From: Candidatus Enterousia sp.
GTDB lineage: Bacteria > Pseudomonadota > Alphaproteobacteria > Rs-D84
DNA: 64,000 bases
Assembly (NCBI GenBank): GCA_045593065.1
Contig: JAZNVZ010000002.1
Span: 71,183-135,182, forward strand
Reading direction: 5' to 3'
Below are positions 1 through 9,675 of this stretch, piece by piece (within the stretch, counting starts at the first letter, position 1; each line of letters begins with the position of its first letter). The notes below the pieces were generated by a model. It saw only the letters and a program-made list of their open reading frames with translations. It had not been told where the DNA came from and did no database searches. Made by a program: the position numbers and the translations under genes.

Positions 1-7
1 TGATAAA

Positions 8-514
8 ATGACAGATATGCGTTATTACGAATTGTGTAAAATTATGGCATCGCATGGCGTGTTTCAAGATGTTGATTTTATCAAGGCAAACAAGGGTAAT
101 GACAGTGGTGTATATCGTGTTGCCCAGGCGGCAATAGGGTCTTTTGGTAAAATAGAGCAGCCGTATATGTTGAAACATTATGCGCAATCTATTCGCGGTG
201 CGGTTGAAGCGCGTTCGTATATGACAGAGCCCCAGGCCGCACGGGTGCTGTTCCATTTGTGGTTGATTGTGCAAAATCCTGATGTGTCGGGTGTGTTAAA
301 TCTGGAAATTGCAAATTTGGCCGACCAAGGTTTAATCGGTGATGCTGTGGCGGGACAGTATGTAAAACAACTGTCCAATGCCAGTCAAACTCAAAATTTT
401 TCAGCATTGTTGGCGGCATATAGTCAGGGAAACAACAAAAGGGATATTCCTGTGTTTTGTAAACGGGCATATTATCAAATTGCAGATATATACAAACAAA
501 TGAAAACGCGTTAA
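8..514 (+). CDS. hypothetical protein (168 aa), no recognisable motifs
   Basis: Intact ATG ORF with a stop just upstream and a rho-independent hairpin downstream (523-550); no family recognised. Confidence 0.45.
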   Translation: MTDMRYYELCKIMASHGVFQDVDFIKANKGNDSGVYRVAQAAIGSFGKIEQPYMLKHYAQSIRGAVEARSYMTEPQAARVLFHLWLIVQNPDVSGVLNLEIANLADQGLIGDAVAGQYVKQLSNASQTQNFSALLAAYSQGNNKRDIPVFCKRAYYQIADIYKQMKTR

Positions 515-522
515 TAAAATAA

Positions 523-550
523 AAATCTGGCGATTGCCAGATTTTTATTT
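523..550 (+). terminator. rho-independent terminator
   Basis: Hairpin atctggc-gatt-gccagat followed by a T-run. Confidence 0.55.
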
Positions 551-610
551 GTATCTGGGTTGCAAGATATAAAAATTCGTGCTATCATTTGTGGGACAAA
601 GGAATTAAGT

Positions 611-1825
611 ATGCAAAATAGTTTGATGTATGAATTGCGCGCGCGCGGGTTTATTAACCAGTGTTCGAATATGGATGCGGTGGCGGATTTGTTGGATAAC
701 GGACAAATCGCGGTTTATTTGGGGTCTGATCCAACGGCGGACTCGCTGCATGTGGGACACCTGGTTCCGGTGATGATGATGCGCTGGTTGCAAAAATATG
801 GGCATAAACCATTGATGTTGGTTGGTGGCGCCACAGGGCGTATTGGCGACCCGTCTGGTCGTGATACAGGGCGACCCATGATGACCGAGGATGTTTTGCA
901 AAAAAATATTGCGGGTCTTAAAAAATCTTATTCTAAATTTTTGCGTTTTGGTGATGCGGCGGCGGACGCGTTAATTGTTGATAATTATGATTGGATGAAA
1001 AAATATTCTCACTTGGATTTCTTGGCACAATATGGGTTAGATTTTACAATTCCGCGTATGTTATCTATGGAAAGTGTTAAAAAGCGTTTGGAAAACGGTA
1101 TGACATTTTTGGAATTTAATTATATGACTTTCCAGGCGGTCGATTTCTTGACACTTTATCGTGAACATAATTGCGTGCTGCAACTGTGTGGCGCAGACCA
1201 ATGGGGCAACGCGATTATGGGTGTGGAATTGATACGCAAAAAATGTGGCCAAGAAGCATATGTATTATCAACATCCCTGATTACGGATTCTAATGGAAAT
1301 AAAATTGGAAAATCTGCGGGTAATGCGGTTTGGGTTAATGAAGATAAAACATCCGCATATGAATATTATCAATATTTCCGTAATACGCCGGACGAATTGG
1401 TTGAAAAGTTTTTGAAAATCTTTACAGAAATTCCGTTGGACGAGATTGCAAAATTGTCGGCATTGCAAGGTGCTGAATTGAACGAGGCAAAAAAAATTTT
1501 GGCATTTGCCGCAACAGAAATCGCACATGGGGTGGACGCTGCGCGTGATGCGGAATCTGCCGCGGCGGCATTGTTCGCGGGTGGCGCAAATTTATCAAAT
1601 GTGCCGTCTGTTGAAATCAAAATGGCAAGCGATATGAAAGTTTTGGATTACTTGGTCGCAATCGGCATGTTTGATTCTAAATCCGAAGCGCGCCGCATGG
1701 TCGAGCAGGGCGGAATCCAAATCGATGGCAATAAAATCACCGACAAAGAATTTGTTGTCGTTGCCGCGCCAGAGCATATGGTGCAAAAAGGCAAAAAGGT
1801 ATTTTTGAAAGTAATTTCAAAATAA
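611..1825 (+). CDS. tyrS: tyrosyl-tRNA synthetase
   Basis: Class I aaRS HIGH-type motif (HVGHLVPV), KMSKS-type motif (KIGKS), C-terminal S4-like domain; ATG at 611 (MQNSLMYEL) chosen over the longer upstream in-frame extension. Confidence 0.9.
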   Translation: MQNSLMYELRARGFINQCSNMDAVADLLDNGQIAVYLGSDPTADSLHVGHLVPVMMMRWLQKYGHKPLMLVGGATGRIGDPSGRDTGRPMMTEDVLQKNIAGLKKSYSKFLRFGDAAADALIVDNYDWMKKYSHLDFLAQYGLDFTIPRMLSMESVKKRLENGMTFLEFNYMTFQAVDFLTLYREHNCVLQLCGADQWGNAIMGVELIRKKCGQEAYVLSTSLITDSNGNKIGKSAGNAVWVNEDKTSAYEYYQYFRNTPDELVEKFLKIFTEIPLDEIAKLSALQGAELNEAKKILAFAATEIAHGVDAARDAESAAAALFAGGANLSNVPSVEIKMASDMKVLDYLVAIGMFDSKSEARRMVEQGGIQIDGNKITDKEFVVVAAPEHMVQKGKKVFLKVISK

Positions 1826-1832
1826 AACACCG

Positions 1833-1861
1833 TTGCATTGGTTCCCAAAAAATGTTATAAT
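1833..1861 (+). promoter_or_regulatory. sigma70-like promoter (TTGCAT-17-TATAAT) upstream of the 1888 ORF
   Basis: TTGCAT at 1833-1838, 17 nt spacer, TATAAT at 1856-1861, then GAGGGAG SD and ATG at 1888. Confidence 0.45.
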
Positions 1862-1887
1862 GTCAATATAACAGAGGGAGAGAAATC

Positions 1888-2712
1888 ATGTTAAAACCAA
1901 TCGTTTGTGCGGCATCTATGATGCTGATTTGTGGCACATCATTTGCGGCATTGCCAACCGTGAAATTAAATAATCAATACAGAAATACGGTGAACAATTC
2001 TGGGGTAGTCAGTGCGCCCGTATCTTATGACAGCCCTGTGATGGTCAGCAAGACCAGTGATATTACCACAGCGATAGGTAAAAATTATGTTGGTAAACCT
2101 TATGTCGGATATAATAATTCAGGCAGCGCAACAACTGCTGATTTGCGTCAAGATATTGCTAATTTGGAAAGCAAAATTACCGATGTTTTGGATGATTTAC
2201 AAAATTTGTCTGACAAGGTAGAGGCGGTTGCAGATGATATTCCCACGATTGGGTTGGTTTTGCCAAACAGAATGGATGATTTAGAAAAACGGCTTGATGG
2301 CGTTAACAAACGCATGGAATTAATAGAACAGCAAGATTTGCCAGGATATATTGACAAGGTTTCTGGCGAATTAAATGCACAAATGCAAAAAATTGCCGAT
2401 ATTGATAGGGTGACAGGCGAAGTAAAAGATGAGTTGGATAAACGTATGTCCAAAGTTGGCACAGAAATCGAAAGTTTGCAAAAACAGACCAAAGATTTAC
2501 AAACGACTTATTTGAATATCAGTGATACATTGCGCGATGATGTGCAGAAAAAAGTAGCGGCAAACGCTGAACATATCAGCGAGTTGAAAAACGGTTTGCA
2601 AAATGCAAATTTGTCGGTTATTGATTTGCAGAATAATGTTAGCGATATAAAAAAGCAAATGGAAAGTATGGAACAAAGAATTATTAGTTTGGAAGAAAAG
2701 ATGCAAAAATAA
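1888..2712 (+). CDS. secreted coiled-coil protein (signal peptide, heptad-rich), function unknown
   Basis: N-terminal hydrophobic signal (MLKPIVCAASMMLICGTSFA); long Q/E/K/L-rich coiled-coil region; good SD. Confidence 0.6.
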   Translation: MLKPIVCAASMMLICGTSFAALPTVKLNNQYRNTVNNSGVVSAPVSYDSPVMVSKTSDITTAIGKNYVGKPYVGYNNSGSATTADLRQDIANLESKITDVLDDLQNLSDKVEAVADDIPTIGLVLPNRMDDLEKRLDGVNKRMELIEQQDLPGYIDKVSGELNAQMQKIADIDRVTGEVKDELDKRMSKVGTEIESLQKQTKDLQTTYLNISDTLRDDVQKKVAANAEHISELKNGLQNANLSVIDLQNNVSDIKKQMESMEQRIISLEEKMQK

Positions 2713-2772
2713 TAATTCATAAAATATTAAAAAAAAATGGGCAAGCGCCCATTTTTTTGATACAATAAATCC

Positions 2773-3852
2773 GTGATAAAATTTTTTAGATTATTTTTTG
2801 TGTGTATATTTGCAGCAATTACATTGCCTGCGGTGGCGAATACAGAACTGGCCAAGATTCAATCGCAAATTCGCCAAACTGAACAGCAAAATAAAAAATT
2901 ACAAGAACAGGTTAAAAAATCTGATAAAAATGTGGCGCAAACCAAGCAGGATTTGGTGCGAACCGCCGACAGAGTCAGTTCTTTGGAAGAACAACGCGGT
3001 AAAATGCAAATCAAAATCGAAGAACTGGATGCACAACGCGAAAAAATTGCGCGTGAATTGGCGGCAAACCAAGGACGGATTTTGGATGCAATATCTGGGA
3101 TGCTGTATATGGCCAATCACCCCAGTTTTGATGTGAATGATATGCACGAATATGTGTTGACATCATCTGTGTTGTCTGGGATGTCGCAACAATTTGATGC
3201 AGAAATTCAAAAGGCATCGCGCCAGTTGGATGAATTGGCCAAAATTATCAATGCACGCAATGTCGAAAAAGAAAAATTGGATAGAACAGCAAAAAAATAT
3301 ACTCTGGAACGCAATGCGTTGGACAAATTATTAAAAACACGCAGTGCACAAAACGAGAAATTAAAAAATCAACAAATTGCGTTACAGAAAAAATTACGCG
3401 CGTTGTCTGAAAAGGCAAAAAGCATTTCTGAATTGTCTGCCGGGGTCGGCAGTTCGCAAATGTCCAGCGATGAACGGTTTTCGCGGCGCAAATTAAATTT
3501 GCCTGTGCGTGGACGCGTTGTTGTGCATTTTGGTGAAAAGACCGCCTTGGGATTAACATCTGACGGTTGGCGGATTAAAACGCGTGGCGATGTTTTGGTA
3601 ACGGCACCTGCGGATGGGGTGGTGAAATTTGCTGATGTTTTCCGTGGATTTGGGCGCGTTGTGATTATATCTCATAAAAATGGTTATAATACTGTGATTA
3701 CGAACATGGGGCGCGTGGATGTTGTCCCAGAACAAGAAGTTTTGGCAGGCGAGCCAATCGGTCGTATCAGTGCAGATAAATCAGAAACATATATAGAGGT
3801 TCGCCGTGGCAACAAGGCGGTTAATCCTGCGCGTTTGTTCAAAGAAGAATAA
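2773..3852 (+). CDS. EnvC-like murein hydrolase activator (coiled-coil plus degenerate LytM/M23 domain)
   Basis: Signal peptide, long coiled coil, C-terminal M23-like domain lacking the HxxxD and HxH metal ligands (WRIKTRG / TYIEVRRG in their place), as in EnvC; GTG start at 2773. Confidence 0.7.
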   Translation: MIKFFRLFFVCIFAAITLPAVANTELAKIQSQIRQTEQQNKKLQEQVKKSDKNVAQTKQDLVRTADRVSSLEEQRGKMQIKIEELDAQREKIARELAANQGRILDAISGMLYMANHPSFDVNDMHEYVLTSSVLSGMSQQFDAEIQKASRQLDELAKIINARNVEKEKLDRTAKKYTLERNALDKLLKTRSAQNEKLKNQQIALQKKLRALSEKAKSISELSAGVGSSQMSSDERFSRRKLNLPVRGRVVVHFGEKTALGLTSDGWRIKTRGDVLVTAPADGVVKFADVFRGFGRVVIISHKNGYNTVITNMGRVDVVPEQEVLAGEPIGRISADKSETYIEVRRGNKAVNPARLFKEE

Positions 3853-3855
3853 TTT

Positions 3856-4560
3856 TTATTTGGTGCGTTTATTCAGCGCTTTGATTATATCGTGTTGTGT
3901 TTTTAACATACTGTCGCACATGTATGTTGTGTATGCTTTGTTGTCGCCTTGTAATCGCGCGCGCAGCATGTCAACATATTGTTGTGTGTCGTGTTTTTTG
4001 TTAAATAATATTGGGGTATAATTATTTTGCAATAAATACCAATTCATAACAATACGCCCAGTGCGTTTATTAAAATCACAGAATGGTTGTATGGCAATAA
4101 TATTGTAATGAATGTCAAATGCCTTGGTCAAAATGTTGTTTTTGTCAGTATTCATTTTGTAAATGGCAGTATTCAATAAATCAATAACTTTTGTTGGGTC
4201 TGGTGCTGGGGCGCCCAAATTATATGCCATGCAATATCTAAAAGTACCGCCAGAAATACCGCAGTTATTATTTTGCGCGATTATTGAATTTATATGACAT
4301 ACATCAGCCATAGTAATAGGGTGTTTTGTTTTTAATCGTTGCAAAACATAATCCCAGGCATTTGCCATATTGCGTATGTTTGTAAAGTCCGTAATCCCTG
4401 TGTTATTTGGTTGCAACCTTTGTGCTTCGTTACCAAATTCACTGTATGCATAACTTTGTAAATTCCAACGCAGGAAACCATCGCCATGTGTCAATGGTTT
4501 TATCTGGGTTTCATTGATTTGTTTAATAAGATTTTTTTTATCTTTCATATTTGATATCAT
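3856..4560 (-). CDS. Fic/Doc family protein with non-canonical motif (QPFCDFNKRTGR)
   Basis: Fic core motif HPFx[DE]GNGRxxR is recognisable as IQPFCDFNKRTGRIV; catalytic His replaced by Gln and a Doc-like NKR in place of GNGR; start taken at ATG 4560 (MISNMKDKK). Confidence 0.65.
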   Translation of the reverse strand: MISNMKDKKNLIKQINETQIKPLTHGDGFLRWNLQSYAYSEFGNEAQRLQPNNTGITDFTNIRNMANAWDYVLQRLKTKHPITMADVCHINSIIAQNNNCGISGGTFRYCMAYNLGAPAPDPTKVIDLLNTAIYKMNTDKNNILTKAFDIHYNIIAIQPFCDFNKRTGRIVMNWYLLQNNYTPILFNKKHDTQQYVDMLRARLQGDNKAYTTYMCDSMLKTQHDIIKALNKRTK

Positions 4561-4692
4561 AATACACAAAACTGTTTTGTCAATAAAATTAAATTTGTGT
4601 ATTAAAAATACGAATTTTCGTGTTGCAGTAAATCTTTTTTTTTAATATGCTGTGTTCATAGTGGGCACGAGGAAGAGAAAGGATTCCAAATT

Positions 4693-6144
4693 ATGTTAAA
4701 AAAAATCTGTGTATGTTTGGCTTTGTTAACATTTTCTGTGGATTGTTTTGCCGCGAATAAATCAACACAGCAAGAACCTGTGGAACATTTGACCGATGCG
4801 CAAATCTATCAAGAATTACAAAAATTGGCGTTGGTTTTTGAAACGGCGCGCGATAATTTTGTCGAAGAAGCAGACGAAAAGAAAATGTTAGAGGCCGCAA
4901 TGAACGGCATGTTGGCGGAATTAGACCCACATTCTTCGTATTTGAATACCGATGATTTCAAAGATTTTAATGATAAATCCCATGGCGAATTTGGCGGTTT
5001 GGGGATTCAAATCACGTCTGACCGTGGGGCGATTCGTGTTATTTCGCCGATTGATGATACCCCCGCGGCCAAGGCAGGAATCAAGGCCGGTGATTACATT
5101 ACCCGCATTGATGATGAACAAGTGTTTGATATGACATTGAATCAGGCCGTTAAAAAAATGAAAGGGCGCCCCGGCACCAAGGTTAAATTAACTATTGTAA
5201 ACGAAGACCACGAAACCAAAACATTGGTGTTGAAACGCGATATTATCAAGGTAAAATCTGTCAAATTCCGCGAAGTGCAACTGGCGGATGGCGATGAAGA
5301 TACACCACGGGTTGGGTATATTCGTATTTCTGATTTTGGGGCAACAACTGTCAAAGAATTAAATGATGCAATCAAAAAATTAGAAAAGGCCAAGGTCGTT
5401 GGCTATGTCTTGGATGTGCGTAATAACCCAGGCGGGTATTTGACTGCGGCGATTGGTGTGTCGGATGCGTTTTTGGACGATGGCGAAATTGTGTCCACGC
5501 GTGGCAAAGAAAAAACAGATGTTGACCGCAGTTTTGCAAAACCTGGGGATTTAACGAATGGCAAACCGATTGTTGTGTTGATAAACCATGGTTCTGCATC
5601 GGCATCCGAAATTGTTGCAGGCGCGTTGCAAGATAATGGTCGTGCGTTGGTGATGGGGTCGCAAAGTTTCGGCAAGGGCAGTGTGCAACAACAAAAACCG
5701 TTGGGTGATGGGACCGCTATTCATATCACTATTGCGCGTTATTATACCCCCAGTGGACGTTCCATTCAAAACGAGGGTATTACCCCTGATGTCCCTGTTT
5801 TGCAATCGCGTGTCAAGGTGTTGGAAAAACGCGATAGCGAATATTCCGAGGCATCATTCAAAAATTCTTTGAAAAATGAAGATGCAAAAAAGACCAAGAA
5901 ATCTAAAAAAGATTCCAAGGTTAGGGATGATGATGACGATGATGAAGATATTGATGATAAAGATTTGACCGATGAAGAAAAAGATGCGCGTGATTATCAA
6001 CTGCAACGCGGCGTTAGTATGGTTATTGCAATGACAAAAATGCAAATGACCGTGGATGACAGACGCGCCGTTGTTGATGCAGAAAACGCCGAAAAAGAAA
6101 AGGCCAAAGAAAAAGCCAAGGCCAAAGCAGAGAAAGAAAAATAG
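4693..6144 (+). CDS. ctpA: carboxy-terminal processing protease (S41 family, PDZ domain) with highly charged C-terminal tail
   Basis: Signal peptide; PDZ segment (GIKAGDYITRIDD); S41 catalytic region (HGSASASEIVAGALQD, KGSVQ); C-terminal 100 aa low-complexity acidic/lysine stretch (DDDDDDEDIDD...KEKAKEKAKAKAEKEK). Confidence 0.85.
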   Translation: MLKKICVCLALLTFSVDCFAANKSTQQEPVEHLTDAQIYQELQKLALVFETARDNFVEEADEKKMLEAAMNGMLAELDPHSSYLNTDDFKDFNDKSHGEFGGLGIQITSDRGAIRVISPIDDTPAAKAGIKAGDYITRIDDEQVFDMTLNQAVKKMKGRPGTKVKLTIVNEDHETKTLVLKRDIIKVKSVKFREVQLADGDEDTPRVGYIRISDFGATTVKELNDAIKKLEKAKVVGYVLDVRNNPGGYLTAAIGVSDAFLDDGEIVSTRGKEKTDVDRSFAKPGDLTNGKPIVVLINHGSASASEIVAGALQDNGRALVMGSQSFGKGSVQQQKPLGDGTAIHITIARYYTPSGRSIQNEGITPDVPVLQSRVKVLEKRDSEYSEASFKNSLKNEDAKKTKKSKKDSKVRDDDDDDEDIDDKDLTDEEKDARDYQLQRGVSMVIAMTKMQMTVDDRRAVVDAENAEKEKAKEKAKAKAEKEK

Positions 6145-6162
6145 TAAAAATATCATAAAATA

Positions 6163-6197
6163 ACAGGGACAAAAATTTGTCCCTGTTGTTTTTTTGT
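6163..6197. terminator. bidirectional rho-independent terminator between convergent ctpA and 6212 gene
   Basis: Hairpin cagggac-aaaaattt-gtccctg flanked by A-run and T-run. Confidence 0.6.
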
Positions 6198-6211
6198 TGG
6201 TTATTTATGTT

Positions 6212-7606
6212 TTATGGGTTGGTATATTCTTCGCCGCTGTCGTCATATACAGAATACACGGTGCCACCAACATTAATTTTCAGGTATTGGTCGACATTAT
6301 CACTCATTTTAATATTTGCAGTAGACATGTTGGCATAATAAATCGTATTACCAATCTGTACATTTAATGTGCGTGTGGTTTGTCTGTTTTGACGCAAATA
6401 AATTGTATTTGTGCCGATATGTAATTCATATCCGCAATCGTTGGCCTCGTCTGCGCCAAAACCGTGCCCAACCGTGGTTAATCCTGTTGGGCATTGTGTG
6501 CGGATGTCGCTGTTGTTTGCGGACCAATATCCCGGTCCCACAGCAACACATACGCCGTTGTTGCGATAATAGCCGCCACCACACATTGTTCCAGAATCTG
6601 GGACCCATGCAGCATAAAATGTTTTGGGGGTTGTGGTATAAATTGGAATTGTTTGGGACATGGCGCAATCCGTCAGTGCGGAATCTGTGCACCATCCGGC
6701 AAATGTATAGTTTTGCTTTGTCGGTGTGCCAGAAATCGTTGTTGCCTCGTCGTCCCAGAATGTTGTTGGTGCGCCTGTGTAATTTGTTCCGCCGTCTAAT
6801 ACATATGTAATTGCGTATTGGGTTGCACATGATACCTTGGAATTCCAGTATGATTCATACCCTGTTATATATTGACGATGATTGGTCCCAGTGCATGATG
6901 TATCCAAACCTGTATTGTAAAATATGCTGGACATCATGGATGTTCCATACGGGTGCCCGTTTTGAATTAGTCCCCCAAATGTGGATGGCGGAATAAATCC
7001 AGACAATGATGAACAATTATAAAAAGCTTGATAAAATGTATAGTTGTATGCATCTGTTATCCCACGGAATAAATTTTCGGGAATAGATGTTATTTTTTTG
7101 CAATTATAAAATGTTCTGTAAAATCGGGGGCGCAAAGCATCCGTGGTGCCCAATATTGGGAACACAGCAGACAAATCGCCACTGATTTCAGTAAAATAAT
7201 CTTTGTTCGTGTTAGACGGTCTAAAAGAAATTGCGGGGGTTGTTGTACCATTGTAATACCCCGTGGCCACACCCCCAATTCGTATCTTGTATTCCCCTGG
7301 TTGAGAATACTGGTGTGTGATTGAATCAAGTGTTGTATTGTTGCGTGGTTTTGTTTCTGCATCACTGTTGTCGCCCCAATCAATATAAAATGTGCCGATG
7401 GCAGAGATGGAGAATGATACAGAGGTGTTTTTTTTGGACGTTTCGGCAGTAATGGTGAATTTTACATCCACACAGGAATTGTCCGGCAGGGTGATTTGGT
7501 CGGTGGTACATGCGTTTGCGGTATTTATTGCACCAAATAACAGCGCCACGGCATACCCCGTACGCATTGCAAATAATTGAAGATTTGATATTGTCAAATT
7601 ACGCAT
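6212..7606 (-). CDS. secreted cysteine-containing repeat protein, paralog of the N-terminal region of the 1116-aa protein at 29456-32806 (BspA-like LRR-type FxxCxxL repeats)
   Basis: Signal peptide (MRTGYAVALLFGAINTANA-C); N-terminal 150 aa alignable with the 29456-32806 product (FTITAETSKK...GTFYIDWGDNS vs FTVTTTNMAAN...GTFYVDWGEGT); repeated FYNCxxLxxIP motifs. Confidence 0.6.
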   Translation of the reverse strand: MRNLTISNLQLFAMRTGYAVALLFGAINTANACTTDQITLPDNSCVDVKFTITAETSKKNTSVSFSISAIGTFYIDWGDNSDAETKPRNNTTLDSITHQYSQPGEYKIRIGGVATGYYNGTTTPAISFRPSNTNKDYFTEISGDLSAVFPILGTTDALRPRFYRTFYNCKKITSIPENLFRGITDAYNYTFYQAFYNCSSLSGFIPPSTFGGLIQNGHPYGTSMMSSIFYNTGLDTSCTGTNHRQYITGYESYWNSKVSCATQYAITYVLDGGTNYTGAPTTFWDDEATTISGTPTKQNYTFAGWCTDSALTDCAMSQTIPIYTTTPKTFYAAWVPDSGTMCGGGYYRNNGVCVAVGPGYWSANNSDIRTQCPTGLTTVGHGFGADEANDCGYELHIGTNTIYLRQNRQTTRTLNVQIGNTIYYANMSTANIKMSDNVDQYLKINVGGTVYSVYDDSGEEYTNP

Positions 7607-7699
7607 CAATATAAAACCATCCCCCCACGTTTGTTGCGCTAAATCCTGATACCAGAATTGTAAGAAGTTCTGGCATTAAAAGCAAGGAGTAAAAATAAA

Positions 7700-7726
7700 A
7701 TCGGCACAAGGCCGATTTGATTTTTA
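7700..7726 (-). terminator. terminator downstream of tRNA-Ser(GCT)
   Basis: Hairpin tcggc-acaag-gccga with a flanking T-run on the minus strand. Confidence 0.5.
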
Positions 7727-7816
7727 TGGCGGAGCGTGTAGGATTTGAACCTACGGACCGCGTTACCACGGTCACGGATTAGCAATCCGCTGCATTTACC
7801 CCTCTGCCAACGCTCC
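7727..7816 (-). tRNA. tRNA-Ser (anticodon GCT)
   Basis: Reverse complement folds as a cloverleaf: acceptor GGAGCGT/ACGCTCC, anticodon loop TTGCTAA, long variable arm, encoded CCA end. Confidence 0.85.
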
Positions 7817-7862
7817 GGATGGTTGATATTATATATTTTTTTTTAATAAACACAAGCCAAAA

Positions 7863-9656
7863 TTATTTTGTTTTTGTGCTGGATTTAAATTGCATGTCAT
7901 ACAGCGTTTTGTATGCACCGTTTTCATTTTGTAATAACTCTTCATGGGTACCTGATTCAACAATTACACCTTCGTTAATAACCAAGATTTTGTCCGCATT
8001 GCGAATTGTTGATAATCTGTGCGCAATCACAAATACGGTTTTGTCGCGCATCAGGTTTTCTATCGCTTTTTGAACCACGGCCTCGGCCTTGTTGTCCAGG
8101 GCAGATGTTGCCTCGTCTAACACCAAAATAGGGGCGTTTTTCAAAAATGCACGCGCAATCGCCACGCGTTGTTTTTGCCCGCCAGACAGCAATACACCGC
8201 GTTCCCCAATTTGTGCGTCCAGACCGCCAGGAATCGTTTTTAACACATCGTCCAAACATGCCATTTTTACCGCTTGGTCTAATTCTTCGTTGGTTGCATT
8301 TTCGTTGCCCAGCATAATGTTTTCGCGAATCGTGCCCGCAAACAAGAAATTATCTTGGAATACAACACCGATATTTGCGCGCAACGATTTTAATGTAATG
8401 TCGCGAATGTCCACACCATCAATGGTAATCGCCCCAGATGTTACATCGTAAAAGCGCGGTAATAAACTGACCACTGTGGATTTGCCACCGCCAGAATTGC
8501 CAACGAATGCGATGGTTTCGCCACGTTTAACACGGAAATTGACATTTTTTAATACAGGAACCCCTTGATTATATTCAAATGAAACATTTTTATATTCGAT
8601 TTCATGGATGTCTGGGTTCATGTTTTGGGCGTTTTTGTGGTCTTTGATTTTGGGTTCCATATCCAAAATTTCGAACACGCGTTCAATCGCCAAAAACGAC
8701 ATTAACACATTGTTGTATGTTCCGCCAATAGATTTAATCGGTGTGTACAACATGATTAATGCAGTCAAGAAAGACACAAAACTACCCGCTGTGATTGTGC
8801 CATTCAAAATCAAATATGAACCAAACCAAATCGCCAAACCAATACCAATGGATAAAATAACATGCATAACTGGGGTCAACCAACGGGTGCGTTGCAACAT
8901 TTTCATACGCAGTTTAAATACGCCGTGTAATACATTTTCAAATTTGCCTTGTTGGGTGCCGTCTAAATTATATGCGATGATTGTTTTGTTGCCATTATAT
9001 GTTTCGTTGTATGCAGTCAATAACGCAGAATCTGCCAAAATGGTTTTTGCCATAACATCGTTTATCTTTTTGCGAACCAGTGTCATTGGCAACATTGCAA
9101 ATATCATAATTGCAACGCACACCACCGCCAGTTGCCATGAATTATAAAACAGCACAAAAATCAACGATACAGCAGTAAAAAATTTTTGAACAAATGTTTT
9201 TAAATTGTTTAATAGCCCAGCACATGCCATATCTGCATTGTTATTAAACATAAAAATAACATCCCCAGAATTTTTCTTGCTGAAAAAATCTGTTTCAAAC
9301 ATCAGCATTTTTTTATACAAATCTAATTTCAACAGATTTGTGGTTTTTGCGCCAACCCATGTGTTCAAGTATTGCGCAATATAACGAAACACGCCCTGGA
9401 CAACAGTAAAACCGATAATCATTAACGGAATGTACCATGCGGTTTGCAGGTTTTTATCCACCATAACCACATCCATATACGGTTTTAATGACATGGCGAT
9501 AACCGCGTCCAACGACCCAACAGGAATTGCCACCAATATAGACAACAATCCACGGAACCAATATGGTTTCATATATGGCCACATGCGTTTGTAATTTTGT
9601 ACAAACATGTTGCGTAAAACTCTTTCGCGAATTTCTTTGCTCAGTTTTTTCCCCAT
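7863..9656 (-). CDS. msbA: ABC transporter permease/ATPase, MsbA-like lipid exporter
   Basis: Six-TM N-terminal domain plus C-terminal ABC ATPase (GNSGGGKST Walker A, LSGGQKQRVAIARA signature, LVLDEATSALD Walker B); 597 aa. Confidence 0.8.
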   Translation of the reverse strand: MGKKLSKEIRERVLRNMFVQNYKRMWPYMKPYWFRGLLSILVAIPVGSLDAVIAMSLKPYMDVVMVDKNLQTAWYIPLMIIGFTVVQGVFRYIAQYLNTWVGAKTTNLLKLDLYKKMLMFETDFFSKKNSGDVIFMFNNNADMACAGLLNNLKTFVQKFFTAVSLIFVLFYNSWQLAVVCVAIMIFAMLPMTLVRKKINDVMAKTILADSALLTAYNETYNGNKTIIAYNLDGTQQGKFENVLHGVFKLRMKMLQRTRWLTPVMHVILSIGIGLAIWFGSYLILNGTITAGSFVSFLTALIMLYTPIKSIGGTYNNVLMSFLAIERVFEILDMEPKIKDHKNAQNMNPDIHEIEYKNVSFEYNQGVPVLKNVNFRVKRGETIAFVGNSGGGKSTVVSLLPRFYDVTSGAITIDGVDIRDITLKSLRANIGVVFQDNFLFAGTIRENIMLGNENATNEELDQAVKMACLDDVLKTIPGGLDAQIGERGVLLSGGQKQRVAIARAFLKNAPILVLDEATSALDNKAEAVVQKAIENLMRDKTVFVIAHRLSTIRNADKILVINEGVIVESGTHEELLQNENGAYKTLYDMQFKSSTKTK

Positions 9657-9675
9657 GGTATTTTTGCCTTTGTTG

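Noticed and set aside
560-610. Upstream in-frame extension of tyrS (MQDIKIRAIICGTKELS)
   Set aside because: The TyrRS N-terminus (MQNSLMYELRARGFINQ) aligns at the ATG at 611. The extension overlaps the upstream gene's terminator hairpin.
8089-9147. Plus-strand ORFs 8089-8451 and 8608-9147 within the msbA-like gene
   Set aside because: They are antisense to a strongly supported ABC transporter gene.
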